Both the position numbers and the translations under genes were made by a program. A model generated the notes under the pieces. That model was not told where the DNA came from, made no database searches, and was given only the letters and a program-made list of their open reading frames with translations. From Eledone cirrhosa (Eukaryota), in the NCBI GenBank assembly GCA_964016885.1, contig OZ024746.1, positions 49,166,001-49,230,000 on the forward strand: DNA of 64,000 bases. Reading direction: 5' to 3'. Shown one piece after another: positions 42,333 through 57,649 of the stretch; position 1 is the stretch's first letter; every line of letters starts with the position of its first letter.

Positions 42333-44644
42333 CCATATTACAATGTCTGAATTACGTAAGAAATGTTGCAGTGAATAAAGAATTAAATCATTCGACTAGT
42401 AACAGTATACAGATCTTAAAGCTGCATTCAATCTCACAAACCTAGAGTCTAGGACACTAAGTAGAAATATTTCTCTTCCTCGGTAACAGCATAACTTCCC
42501 TTTTATTTCTTCTTCCTCAACATTCATTTTTCTCTTCTTCTCTCCTTTATTTAACCTCCTCTCTCCATTATTTCATCTACTATTCTATAGACTTTTTTTA
42601 AAGCTTCATCCAAACTCTCAACACGTCTGCTTGAACAAATAAATGTAATTGTGTTATTTCATCCGTAATTTTCAAAGCCAGAATTTTCTGTTACATTGCG
42701 ATATCTTACTGATGAATACAACCAAAACTAATTTTGTATAATGATATATATTTATTTACTTGTCTTTATTTTAGTATTATGTAAGCGCTGATCCAGCCAC
42801 AACCGTCCCACCTTTATTTCTTTCATTTGTTTAAGCAATGCATCGAGGATTAAATTACACAAAAATAGGATTAGGTTTGAGGATGACGAGGCTATATACC
42901 AAGTTAATCAATTATATAAAGGCTGCTCGTGTTCCTTTCTTACTTAATTGTTGTTGTTTTGTTTAAACCCTTGAACACCTAAAACGATCAAGACATTTCT
43001 AATAGAATAAGATGCGATGTGTAGATGAAGTTGATTACACTGAATTTTATCGAGAAGTCAAAATGCTATATAATTAATATAACAGACTCTTGGGAGGTTT
43101 TAATCCTATCATATGTGATGATTGTCATCATATGTCGTCGACGTTGATGTTGTTTTTTTAGCACTTGGTCAGCAGTGATCGAGCAGACGTATGATCAAAG
43201 ACATTCAGGGATGATTATTTTGTTTCGCATTGCTGTATAAAGAACTACAACATCCAGTGCGTCCTTCGTTGTAGCTTTATTTGCTCGATCGATTAAATAC
43301 AGATTTACTAGTTAAATCAAATATATATTTCATGTTCTTATGTTCTTATAGCGTAAAACAACTGTTAGGATAGGACGTAAGTATCAGTGCCTTTATAGAA
43401 GGTAACAAAACGTTATAGTTAACTGAAATGATGTGTTAGGTAGTAGCAGTTGTACTGTATGCTTGACTAAGACATACATCCCTCAACTACCCAATACATA
43501 GGTCGAAAGTAAGTACTCCAAAATAAGAGATATGCATCCACTGCTATCTGCATTCGCAGAAAAGAATATTAACAAATATATTGTTAACCTCCTTTGTTAA
43601 GTTCAATTTTTCTCGTGAATATTTGCAGAAGATACTATATAAAATCATCTAAAATATAAAGCTAAAAGACTTTTTTTTTTGTCTTGTTGAATAACATAAA
43701 GAATAACCATAAGAAAGATAAAAAGATAAAGACAGGAACGCGCGATCGAGTAAATAATTGAAAACTGTGATATCGAATAGCATAATATGAGTATGCATAA
43801 TGTCTTCACCCCTATACCACAATTAAATATTGACTTAGTTTTCTGAACATTTTCACCTTGATAATGTTTTCATACCAATCTGCCTCGTTTACATTGACAC
43901 CCTCTCATCGACTACAAGCATTAACCGAACTTTTGTTCATCTAAATCGATGATGCAAAAGGAGTTATCATCTACAGAGACAAACAACGAAAAATGTTTGA
44001 ATGTCATCTTAAAGAAATACCGATATGCCACTTCAGGCCTCAATTACAATGGCGATCGTTAAGTTATGCCTGCTGCTCACGTCTGAAAAAATTAGCTAAG
44101 AAAGAAATCAACAGATATATTACATATTACATAAGACATAAGCAACGTTATTGGTGCTAGAGTAAGTATTGATGTGGGTGCAAATAATTCTGCTGCTTCA
44201 ACAGAATTCCGCAGATGATTCTTGTGATGAAAATATTCGTTGTTTACATAAAGAGCAGAGCTCATCATATGAAGACGTTAACTACAGTGGATTATAAATG
44301 TGAACATTAAAATATAAAAAGCAGATGTTTATTTTACGCAGCCTAATGCTAAGAAACATATTTTGTAAAGTAGATAAAGAAACCACATTTTTAGAGTCTT
44401 ATGTCTTTTCAGAATAGTTCTTTTGATATAAATTACCTTTGTATTACCGTGCCAACACATAATAATATATCACAATTGTTTGATACAAAATACCGGTGTT
44501 TGTATCCAACGATATGCATCACATCCCATTTTTGCTCATATTCAATCATACTCATTTGAAAGCGGGTAGCTTTAAAATAATAATTACTAGTCAAAAATTA
44601 CTAGAGTATTATTTGTGAATGACTGTACAGGGTTTTGTACTTGG

Positions 44645-44795
44645 TCGAACCCAGTGTATTACTGGTACTTTATTTTATCGTTCCCGTGAAGTGGATTGGC
44701 AGAATTGGACAATATGCTTTGCAGCATATAGTTATACCCCTTTAAATTCTGAGTTCAAATCCCGCCGAAGTTAACTTTGCCTTTTATCTTTACGA
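44645..44795. mobile_element. Same SINE family, rearranged (inverted 3' piece joined to a forward 5' piece)
   Basis: 44645-44690 matches the minus-strand tail and 44690-44795 matches the plus-strand head. Confidence 0.6.
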
Positions 44796-44799
44796 GATT

Positions 44800-45062
44800 G
44801 GAGCGCCTACTCTTTCACTTCTTGTGTAAATGACTCGTTCCATTTGCCAAGCGGCCCATCTGCTGCCAGAAGACTTTGTGCGGAGGGCTGGGTATACCGT
44901 GACGGATGATGCGCAAATATACGCTGAGACTACGGCATCTGAAGATATTCTTAAATGGTGAACAGGTCTGGTCACCGTTTGTGAGACACGTCTTTCCGTA
45001 GCTCGGCTCCTTGACTGGCATGCAATCCTGGGTCAAGTGAAAACCGAAACTGGGTGCCAGGC
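44800..45062 (+). mobile_element. Old internal fragment of the same Tx1-like ORF2
   Basis: Recognisable match to 20845-21110, for example ccatctgctgcc...ggagggctggg and gcaatcctgggtcaag...gaaactgggtgcc. Confidence 0.7.
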
Positions 45063-45821
45063 ATCTTATTATTATTGTTGCTGCAGTTGCTGTTTTCATC
45101 AATATTGTCATCACTATCTTCATTATTATTCTGCCCTTGTGGCAAATAAAAGATTCGATTTATCATAACTATTATTATTAAATGGCAAGAGACAAATAGT
45201 AGCTTCTAAGATTTATTATATATAAATAATAAAATACATAATTACTTGAATGTTGTCTTTGGGGTTAACAAAATTGTTTCTCTGATAATATATTGTCTTA
45301 ATCTGCAAGATATAACTCCTGATGGAATCACCAATGTGGCGTGTATTCAATAAAGACTGACAATATAAACTAAAATGTTGTTTTTATATAAATATGGATG
45401 ATTTACTTGTCGACTAGAATGTATTACTTTATTCGCAAATACTAAAAGAACAAAATGCCAATACCTTTTATCCAATTTCCATACAAACCGCTATAAAAAT
45501 ATTTGACATTTTTTATGATAAATAAACAGAAAAAATCTCATATAAAAAACATTCCACGAAAGATGGTTTCTGGGGTCGCTCGGCCTACTAGAAATAGCAG
45601 TAGCCAAATTGAATTAAAACTGCATCCTCGTCTTCTACCATATCTGAAAATTGTAAGAAAATTGTAAGAACACGTGAGATATTCTACCTTAAAATATACA
45701 AAAATATAGGAACGTTATGATCAGAGATTTGCTTGACCAACACTCATTCTGGACCTACTCTTGTGTTTAAAATACAAGTCTGTATCTCTCTCTCTCGCTC
45801 ACTCTCTCTCTCTCCCTCTCT

Positions 45822-45922
<101 letters not shown>

Positions 45923-46097
45923 GTATATATATATATATTATGGATATGTATATTCATATATATATGTATATGTATATTCATATGTATATTCATATATATA
46001 TGTATATTATATATATATGTGTGTGTGTGTGTGTGTATTCATAAGACTGAAATAATCTGTTGAAACTACACGACCTGCTCCTGGGCTTTTCTTGTAA

Positions 46098-46143
<46 letters not shown>

Positions 46144-46235
46144 ACTAGAAATTGATTAACATATAAATAAACATGAATAATCACAGGAGATAATTTTTAC
46201 AAGTGTGTAACCACACATAGCTAGGTAGGTAACTA

Positions 46236-46407
46236 AATAAAGTTGACCAGAACTTCAAAAATAGATACCTTATAATATGATTAATCTTCCCTGTATATAT
46301 TCCATTAAAGAAATATATTTCACCAATTAATTCTTTAATGGAATATATACAGGGAAGATTAATCATATTATAAGCTATCTATTTTTGAAGTTCTGGTCAA
46401 CTTTATT
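46236..46407. repeat. Inverted repeat (arms 46236-46312 and 46331-46407); a related single arm lies at ~59285-59437
   Basis: The arms are reverse complements and the left tail runs to (TA)n at 46140. Confidence 0.85.
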
Positions 46408-46847
46408 ACCAATCTGGTAAACTGTTACTCGTAGGATGCTTGATAAGTAGTTGCTAGCTATGTTTTTATACATAGCACTAAGCTGCTTCTTTCCGCTCTG
46501 GGACGGCATCATTGTGGCATACTTGTCATGGCTCTGCGCACGTATTTTCTTTTTCATACACACATATGTATACATGTGCCTGCACTCATATATTTATACA
46601 CATATATCATGTCTGTACACTGTCAATTTAAATTCATACTTATTCCTACAGGGACCCAATATGTATCAGTACATATGTATGTAGGTGTCTTACTCTTTGT
46701 GAGTGATTGTATGCGTGAGTTTACTTTTAATATTAAAACAGAATTTCACAAAGTTTGCTTGTATGACTCCGCGCCATTTCTAAACACTCCTTTTCCCACA
46801 TGGCATACGACACAAATGGAAGGCAATATATATATATATATATAAAT

Positions 46848-46848
<1 letters not shown>

Positions 46849-46925
<77 letters not shown>
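46849..46925. repeat. (GATA)n microsatellite with no Tx1 insertion
   Basis: Read directly from the sequence. Confidence 0.95.
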
Positions 46926-46926
<1 letters not shown>

Positions 46927-46958
46927 TACACGGGTGTGTATGATTGTGTATAGAAGAT

Positions 46959-47533
46959 TATATTAATAAAAGGAATTCCAACTTTGTCTGATTTACTCGT
47001 TTTATTTACAATCCTTTAAAATTTATAATGGTATTATAATGAAATAGTATGACAGAATATTAAATTTCAAGTTTTAATTGAACAAGTACTTTCATGCTTT
47101 CGCAATCTTCAGGTTCATAATGTGTGGTGACAGTCAAGTTTGCAATTTTCAACTGTAATGAGATGGGTAAATTTTGTACCTTATATACAGTGAAAAGTGG
47201 CTCCAGATGCTAAATCTTGCAAACTGTATTTCGACCAATTCACTGAATTACTAAAGCTGAATCAGCTTTAGTAATTCAGTGAAACTACACACCGAGGAGC
47301 CACTTTTCACTGTATATAAGGTACAGAATTTACCCATCTCATTACAGTTGAAAATTGCAAACTTGACTGTCACCACACATTATGAACCTGAAGATTGCGA
47401 AAGCATGAAAGTACTTGTTCAATTAACACTTAAAATTTAATATTCTGTCATACTATTTCATTATAATACCATTATAAATTTTAAAGGATTGTAAATAAAA
47501 CGAGTAAATCAGACAAAGTTGGAATTCCTTTTA

Positions 47534-47541
<8 letters not shown>
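46959..47541. repeat. Long inverted repeat (arms 46959-47204 and 47296-47541) with an inner hairpin at 47239-47283
   Basis: The arms are near-perfect reverse complements, each carries a hammerhead, and the repeat abuts (TA)n. Confidence 0.9.
47383..47421 (+). ncRNA. Minimal hammerhead in a hairpin arm (mirror copy at 47079-47117, minus)
   Basis: tgaac CTGAAGA ttgc gaaa gcat GAAA gtac TT gttca. Stem III is the palindrome AGTACT. Confidence 0.7.
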
Positions 47542-47581
<40 letters not shown>

Positions 47582-47584
<3 letters not shown>

Positions 47585-47779
47585 CAAAGAAGGTATGGTA
47601 AGGTGGACCATAACGCACCAGAGTACTCAATACTTAGGGTAGTAGAGTGGGTAATACGAAAAGAGTCAGGACGCCGACGGCGCTGAGCTCCGGCCGTTTC
47701 GACAGCTAGATCCGAACAGTTTGGATCTAGCTGTCGAAACGGCCGGAGCTCAGCCGTCGGGGTCCTGACTCTATTCTTT

Positions 47780-47780
<1 letters not shown>
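47582..47780. mobile_element. Hairpin derivative of a sister PLE-2 family, within (TA)n
   Basis: Palindrome at ~47662-47772 centred on ccgaac-a-gtttgg. Its tail is homologous to 29119-29200. Confidence 0.85.
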
Positions 47781-47814
<34 letters not shown>

Positions 47815-47844
47815 ATAAACTATGCTCAAATCTACTTTCAGAGA

Positions 47845-48160
47845 TCATTTGTGAGAGATTGTCTTGATCGCCTTCACTGTGATGTCTTGTGGTCTAAGAA
47901 ATGCTCTTTCATAGCCACTCCTCATTGGAATGAGTAATTTGGAAATTAGGGAACACTTTATTAAGATTGTAATGCTTTCTGCAACAGTACAAAATGATGA
48001 AGGATCAAAACATAGTTCAGTATCAAAGAATTGCTTTTCTATGAATATGAATAGCTTAGAGGTGTTTATCCGTAACTCTGTGTGAGTCCACTCCCTTCCC
48101 GCCTCTGTTTTTGCACAGAAGAAATTTCGGAGGCTGGAAGAATCTGATGGTTCCACTCCT
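47845..48160 (-). pseudogene. Possible remnant of a hAT transposase C-terminal dimerisation domain
   Basis: DPSSFC...LIK..ISKLLIP..GYERAF resembles DP..FW...L..LA..LL.IP.SS...ER.FS. Confidence 0.35.
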
Positions 48161-48577
48161 CTTCCAATTCCGTTTTTGTTTGGAAAACGTGATGAAGCAT
48201 GTAAAATGTCAGATTAGTTGAAAACACACGAACGACCTTAATTATTATCAATTTTATTTAGTGTTAATAGCGGCCAACGTACAAACAAACTTCCTTTTTC
48301 TAAGTATATAGATAAATGACGGTCGAACAGATAGTATCTGCGTGCTAGAAAGAGCAGTTAAACCTTTTCATTTACGGAAAATAAGTTCACAGAGATCTTG
48401 TTGGCGGTCATATTAGATGGAAACACACGAAAATCCATAAGCAATTTTATTAAGTGTCTTTAGCAGTCAACGTACAAACAAATGCCTTTTTATAAGGTTA
48501 TATAAATATATATCTTTATTCAGTTGAAAGGAGTACTCAATACCGAAGTAGATTCTATATCTTCATTTTAATAATAG

Positions 48578-48654
48578 TTAATAGTGAGTCTTGTTACTTT
48601 GGTGGTTCGCCTGAGAAGCAGGTAAAACTCCAGAATAACAAGATTCACTATTAA
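48578..48654. repeat. Diverged hairpin
   Basis: ttaatagtgagtcttgtta...cctg agaag cagg...taacaagattcactattaa. Confidence 0.75.
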
Positions 48655-48670
48655 GCCTTAATAAAATGTA

Positions 48671-48793
<123 letters not shown>

Positions 48794-48956
48794 TCGTTTT
48801 CAAATATAAAAACTGGAAAGTTGTAAGTGAAAGTTGTAAGCTGATAATACAATATTTATTACAATATACTGTACACAAGGCTACATAACATTTTTTTTAA
48901 ATACATGAATTCCTAATGTGCAAGTTTATCCACACGTAGAGCGAATTTTACATTCA

Positions 48957-49070
48957 ATATATTACCAAACACCGTTAGATATACCATAATCTAATTTACA
49001 TATTTCATCCTAATGGATGAAACATATGTAAATTAAATTGTGATATAACTAACAGTGTTTGGTAATATAT
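48957..49070. repeat. Diverged hairpin
   Basis: atatattaccaaacac...tttcatcc taat ggatgaaa...gtgtttggtaatatat. Confidence 0.8.
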
Positions 49071-49087
49071 TTGATATATATATATAT

Positions 49088-49617
49088 AATAAGTAAAAGT
49101 GAAGTAGTTTCAGATGTTCAAGTCCTTTAATAATAATGCTGTGATATATATTTCAATGACGACACTGGCCACACTGTTCTGTGTGCGAGTGTCGTGACAT
49201 CATCAGACAGCTTGTTACATAATAAGGTTGTTTCCGAGGCAATCCAAATTGAATCTTCGGTGCTAATGGTCAACTTCCTTCGGACATGCGCTTGCGCAGA
49301 CCGGTGGGGGTGAATTGGTACTCACAAGGGAACGGATAAAAAACCCAAAAGCACGAACTTCGTCCGTTCCCATGTCGATTCAATTTGGATTGCCTCGGAA
49401 ACAACCTTATTATGTAACAAGCTGTCTGATGATGTCACGACACTCGCACACAGAACAGTGTGGCCAGTGTCGTCATTGAAATATATATCACAGCATTATT
49501 ATTAAAGGACTTGAACATCTGAAACTACTTCGCTTTTACTTATTCGATATTTACTCCGTCACTCCTATGTGGAAAAAGTACGTTGAGTGCTTGAATTGAA
49601 TTGCATCAATGTTTACC

Positions 49618-49620
<3 letters not shown>
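49088..49620. repeat. Inverted repeat (arms 49088-49255 and 49377-49544) plus a right-hand tail, between (TA)n runs
   Basis: The arms are reverse complements and each carries a hammerhead. Confidence 0.9.
49421..49494 (+). ncRNA. Minimal hammerhead in a hairpin arm (mirror copy at 49138-49211, minus)
   Basis: gctgt CTGATGA tgtc acgacact...agtgtcgt catt GAAA tatata TC acagc. Confidence 0.7.
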
Positions 49621-49666
<46 letters not shown>

Positions 49667-50332
49667 GTAAATAAATTATCGATAATCTGAATTTCGGCCC
49701 ACGAAATAACGAAACACAATCTTCGAAATGAGTGGGAAAGGGCTCAATAGTTTGGATAAACCAGAGCTATAACTATCGTTTAAATACCAACACACGGAGA
49801 CAATGCTTAAAATCACTCGCACAACCGAAAAAAACGAGCAGGAAAATTCGGGTCAGACAAATAATAATATAAATTAATGAAAAATCTTTACCCGGACCCG
49901 CTAGAATGATGGTAAATTCCAGCTTTTTGGATTCTGCGGTTCCTAAATCAGTTACCGTCAGCTTACATAAAAAATATTCGGCTACTGGCAGAAAGATGAA
50001 CGAGGAAAACTACTTTCTCAACAGGCATTTCGTTCGAATATACAGAAGAATCCGTTACTAAATCCATGTGGGGTTTAGCAAGGGAGGGAACCCCTATATT
50101 AGGCGAATAAATTCGGCAGTGTATATATTTGTAAAAATACAAAATATTTATGTATATATATATTTATGTATTAGTTTTGCGAGGTTTTTTTTATATGAAA
50201 TCGTGTGTCGAAACAAATATTGTTATACTTGGGGAGGGTCATATTTGTGTAATATTGCCAGAATTAATAACGGAACATACTCACTGTTTGGTTGGTTTTC
50301 GCTTCTCGCTTCTGTGTCTTTTATATCAATAG

Positions 50333-53130
<2,798 letters not shown>

Positions 53131-53499
53131 TGTGTGTAAGCATTTGTTTTAATATTTACGTCTGTGCGTTTCATGTGTGGGGATATATTATATTTATGTA
53201 CGTAAGTCGAAATAGAAACAGTGTGTCTAAGAGTGGAGTGGATGAATGCGTGAGACAATGCGAAATGTGAATGTAAAAGAGATGGTCTAATAGACGAATA
53301 GATGAACAATACATTGCATCATTGGTATTTTGGTGACCTCGTATCTTCTTTGATGATGAGAAACACTATTTTCTAAATTTGGATGTCAAAAGGAAAAAAT
53401 AATTAACAACGTCCGTGATTTGATTAGTTGGAGTATGTATTATTAACATCGCCGCAGTCATTGTTTTACTGTTGGTGCTGCTGGAACTGCTGGCGTTGC

Positions 53500-54315
53500 T
53501 GTTGAAGGTTTCAATGCTGCTGCTACTGCTGCTGTGCTGCTTCTATTGTTTCTCTCTCTCTATTGTTGCTGTCCCATTATCAATGTAACGCTCAAAGTTC
53601 TTGATTTTCACAATAATGGTGGTATTGATGTACATGATGTTGATGATAATGACGATGAGGATTATTATGAAGATGATAATGATGATGATGATCATCATCA
53701 TCATCATCATCATCATGTGGATCTTGATGTCGATGATGATGACGGTCAGGGTGATGATTATGAGAAGGAGGAGGATGCCGAGGATGATGATGATGATGAT
53801 GGTGATATCGGTGGTGGTGTTGGTGATGTTCATGATGATGATGAGAAGGAGGAGGATACCGCTGATAATGATGATGATGATGGTGATGATGAGGATAATG
53901 ATGATGATGATGATAATTTTGGCAATCAGTAGTTAGTTGGCATGGCTGTATTTTCCTTAGAGTTGCTACTGTCTAATAAACAGTTTTAGAATACAACGAC
54001 TTTCATAATGATATTGCTACAGTTTAGCGTTTCTATTGACAAAGATTGTTTTTCTAGATTCCAATATTATTTTTCTCTTTATAATACTGGCGTTGGCTTA
54101 TTGTTGTTGTTGCTGTTGTTGGTGGTGGCGGTGGTGATGGTGGTGGTGGTGGTGGTGGTGGCGGCGGCGGCGGCAGTGATGGTGATGGTGGTAGTGGTGG
54201 TAGTGGTGGTGGTGGCGGCGGCGGTGATGGTGGTGGTGGTGGTGGTGGTGGCGGCGGCGGCAGTGATGGTGATGGTAGTGGTGGTAGTGGTGGTGGTGGT
54301 GACGATCGTGTTGGT
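53500..54315. repeat. Degenerate trinucleotide low-complexity tract, (GAT)n/(CAT)n then (GGT)n/(GGC)n
   Basis: Read directly from the sequence. Confidence 0.9.
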
Positions 54316-54480
54316 GGCAGAATAATAAGGTTTATTTGTTTGTCATTACTATGTAGCGTAAAGAAAGAGAGAGTGGGGGAGACAATGACAGGAACAGAAC
54401 AGGAAAATCAGAGACAAGGACAGGGAGAGAGACAGAGAGAGGGTGAGCGATTAAGGTCAAAGTAGTTTTTGTTACTGTGG

Positions 54481-55316
54481 TTATTTTTTTTTTGGGGGGG
54501 GGGGTATTCTTAATTAATTTTCCGTATCAAATTTTACATATACTTCGTACTAGCTTTTATGTAGCTTGCACTAGAACTTTTGTATCGTGGCGGCACCCTT
54601 AGAGATAGTATTAGTATTCTTTTTCGGGACTCTGAATTATTATTTCGTATTAGTTTACTTTTTTGCACTGCGTGGTTGCTGGCCGTGTGCCTGGGGTAGA
54701 AACCTTTATTTATTATTTCGTGGTAGTTTCTTTAGTATTTTGGCCCCTCACTTGTTGACCCGTCACCGTAAGATATACTCGGTTTATTACTTATACCTCT
54801 TAAAAGGGTCTCATTATAATTCCGTCCCACCTAGTATATCTTTCTTTAGCCTAGCAGTACCAGTGAGAGACTTAGGTCGTAGTAACCAGAAATTGTTTAT
54901 TTTTTTTTTTTACATTTAATTGCTTTTTAACACTCGGTATTTTTCTATACATTTACCCCATATTGTTCTACTTATTGTTTCGACTTCCTCCCCCTCCCCT
55001 TCCCTCGTATCTTCTTTGACCTCACGCCCAGCTGTAGTCAGCACTATCAACGCATGAATGGGTCTCCTCCACCCCCTCTCCCTCTTTCTCCTACTGGCAG
55101 GTTCAGCTACCCCTTCCCTCCACAAATTGCCATCGTAGAATTATTATGTCCCAACAACAAACTTTTGACCAATCCTTGTGACAATCACTTTTACCATATA
55201 TGGAATTACCCCTTGAGAAGCTCGGCTATTCAAATACCAGGATAAAAATGTTCATTTAGTCCAGAATTAGCCGTCGAAACGGCTTGAGCTCAGCTGTTGG
55301 GGTCCTACTCGTTCCT
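54481..55316 (+). repeat. 5' pseudo-LTR of PLE-2
   Basis: Near-identical to 58015-58849. Confidence 0.9.
55208..55303 (+). ncRNA. Hammerhead (U3-A8 variant) in the 5' pseudo-LTR of PLE-2
   Basis: acccc TTGAGAA gct cggcta...tagccg tc GAAA cggct tgagctc agctg TT ggggt. Confidence 0.6.
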
Positions 55317-55543
55317 ATTACCCACTCTACTAACCTAAGTATTGAGTACTTTTTGTGCGTTATGGTCCACCTGGTTCCTTACCACATTTCCTCCGTTATC
55401 TAGCTCCTATTCCCGTAGTAGAGCACTTTCCGACCCTACCACGCCATATCCAGACTTTTCCGCTAAGCTCAAGTTCTTTCACCCGCACCATCGACTTCTC
55501 TACCAAGAACATCCCAGTCCCACCGAAAAAACTTTAGCTTCGG

Positions 55544-57649
55544 ATGCTCACGCAAAAAATCGATCTATTTGCGAAAAGACTTAGATGGAGAACTTTTTTC
55601 TACGACAGATATTGCGACAATCAGGACTTCGGTACCAAGGAGAGATTCGGATTTATTACCTACAAATCTCCCCCTCCGTACCCTATGCTCTCACCCTTCG
55701 AGAATGACCTTTTCCAACTGGTCAAGAAGATTAAATTCAAACCCAGACACAACCGATTCCTACAAAAACTCCGTAGCAACTTAACAGAGTATGATAACAC
55801 CAATGACATCATGGTGCACTCGGATAAAACTGGTAACCTCTACTTTGTCAACCCCGACAGATACCACACACTGATCAGGAGCAGCCTAAACTCCACCTAT
55901 AAAAAGGCTAACCACTCATGCATCGAGGACATACATCGAGATGGACAACAAATTACCTCCAGCCTCGGGGTCGCCGACCGCACGGAAGCCCTAGACCCAC
56001 GGACACCCTACTTCACACTGAAGGACCACAAATCCGATTTCGACCGTAAACCTTCTATCAGGCTTATAAACCCAACGAAGTCCGACATAGGGAGAATTAG
56101 CAAAGAAATCCTAGACCGCGTGATACCAAAAGTTAAGCAACACGCCCGACTTAGCCTATGGGTCAACACCCAGGAAGTAATCTCATGGTTCAGCAATATG
56201 GAGGAAAAACGAGACACTAAATTCATCCAGTTTGACATAGAGAGTTACTATGCTTCAATCACCTTACCACTACTTACGGCTGCCTTGGACTTCGCCGAAG
56301 CACTTGTGCCCATCACCGACCAGGAAAGAAACATCATCCTCCACGCCAGGAAGACAGTCTTACTCTTCGCCAACTCCAAATGGATAAAGAGAGCTCCCGA
56401 CTCACCCTTCGACGTCAGCATGGGCGCGACGGATTCGGCTGAGGTCACAGATCTTATAGGATTATTCCTAATAGCCAAACTCACCGATATGCTTCCTGCA
56501 TTAGATGGTGGATTGTACCGTGATGATGGGCTCCTTACCCTTAAAGGGTACAACCCCAGTAGTACAGATCGGGTCCGCAAACAATTAATCAGCTTCTTCC
56601 GCGACTGGGGATTTAAAATAACCCTACAAAGGTCGCTGACCCGAGTAAACTTCCTGGACGTTACGCTTGATCTCGATAATGATCTGTACTACCCATACAG
56701 GAAACCTAACGACAACCTGCACTACATCCACCGCCAGTCAAACCATCCTAGGAACATCACCAATAACCTGGTTAAAAACATCTCCCTTCGCATATCCCAT
56801 TTGTCAGCTAATGAGCAGATATTCGATAAACATGCACCTTATTACAATCAGGCCCTCAAGCAGAGTGGTTTCCGGGAGGAAATATCCTACTGTCCAGCTC
56901 CCATTAGCGGAACCAGCAGGCGACACCGCCGCTCACGCAATGTAACATGGTTCAATCCTCCCTACAACGCCGAGGAGACAACTCCTATCGGGAAAATCTT
57001 CTTTAGGCTCATTGAAAAACACTTCCCACTACAACACCGCTACCACAATATAATTAACAAAAATACCATCAAACTCTCTTACAGCACTACACCAAACTTT
57101 GCACAAAACATCGTCTCCTCTAACAACAAAAAACTCAACCCCTATGGAAGAAATAACCTAAATAGCTGTGGAGAGCCGACCAGGAGGTGCAACTGTCCTG
57201 ATGGATCCATTTGTCCCCTCGACAACAGATGCAGAGATCGTAATGTGATCTACCAGTGCAACGTGAGGACGGACACCTCCAACAAAGCTGATATAGGATT
57301 AACCGCATGTGACTTCAAGACCCGGCTATACCAACACAGACATACCTTCCGAAACCCGGCCCGGCGTCACGCCACTACACTTTCGGGCCACATATGGGAC
57401 CTCAAGGATAACAACATTACCTATGATCTCACTTGGAGCTTACTGTCCAGAGCCAACTCTTACACGGGAGGACGCCGTCCGTGCAATTTATGCTCGGAGG
57501 AAACTTTACAAATGTTGTTTTCGACGGACCAACTCCTAAACAAGAAAGATGAACTGGTTACTGCATGTAAACACAGATTGCGTAGGACTTACCTCGCCCT
57601 CAAACCCCATAATGACCCGGGGGGGGGGGGGGGTAGACTAGGGCTATAA
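55544..57649 (+). CDS. PLE-2 RT + GIY-YIG endonuclease; the frame extends upstream through an in-frame TAG at 55535-55537
   Basis: Motifs SDKTGN, RLINP, QFDIESYY, SMGA, YRDD, NFLDV and VIY...ADIGLT..FK.R..H. The upstream in-frame FSTKNIPVP looks like a PLE N-terminus. Confidence 0.92.
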   Translation: MLTQKIDLFAKRLRWRTFFYDRYCDNQDFGTKERFGFITYKSPPPYPMLSPFENDLFQLVKKIKFKPRHNRFLQKLRSNLTEYDNTNDIMVHSDKTGNLYFVNPDRYHTLIRSSLNSTYKKANHSCIEDIHRDGQQITSSLGVADRTEALDPRTPYFTLKDHKSDFDRKPSIRLINPTKSDIGRISKEILDRVIPKVKQHARLSLWVNTQEVISWFSNMEEKRDTKFIQFDIESYYASITLPLLTAALDFAEALVPITDQERNIILHARKTVLLFANSKWIKRAPDSPFDVSMGATDSAEVTDLIGLFLIAKLTDMLPALDGGLYRDDGLLTLKGYNPSSTDRVRKQLISFFRDWGFKITLQRSLTRVNFLDVTLDLDNDLYYPYRKPNDNLHYIHRQSNHPRNITNNLVKNISLRISHLSANEQIFDKHAPYYNQALKQSGFREEISYCPAPISGTSRRHRRSRNVTWFNPPYNAEETTPIGKIFFRLIEKHFPLQHRYHNIINKNTIKLSYSTTPNFAQNIVSSNNKKLNPYGRNNLNSCGEPTRRCNCPDGSICPLDNRCRDRNVIYQCNVRTDTSNKADIGLTACDFKTRLYQHRHTFRNPARRHATTLSGHIWDLKDNNITYDLTWSLLSRANSYTGGRRPCNLCSEETLQMLFSTDQLLNKKDELVTACKHRLRRTYLALKPHNDPGGGGGRLGL

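Noticed and set aside
50068-50332. Predicted N-terminal 88 aa of the 830-aa ORF
   Set aside because: It runs through a (TA) tract and a dispersed repeat, and its composition is non-coding.
53534-54325. Acidic/poly-His, poly-Met and poly-Val/Ala ORFs
   Set aside because: These are translations of degenerate trinucleotide repeats that are open in several frames.
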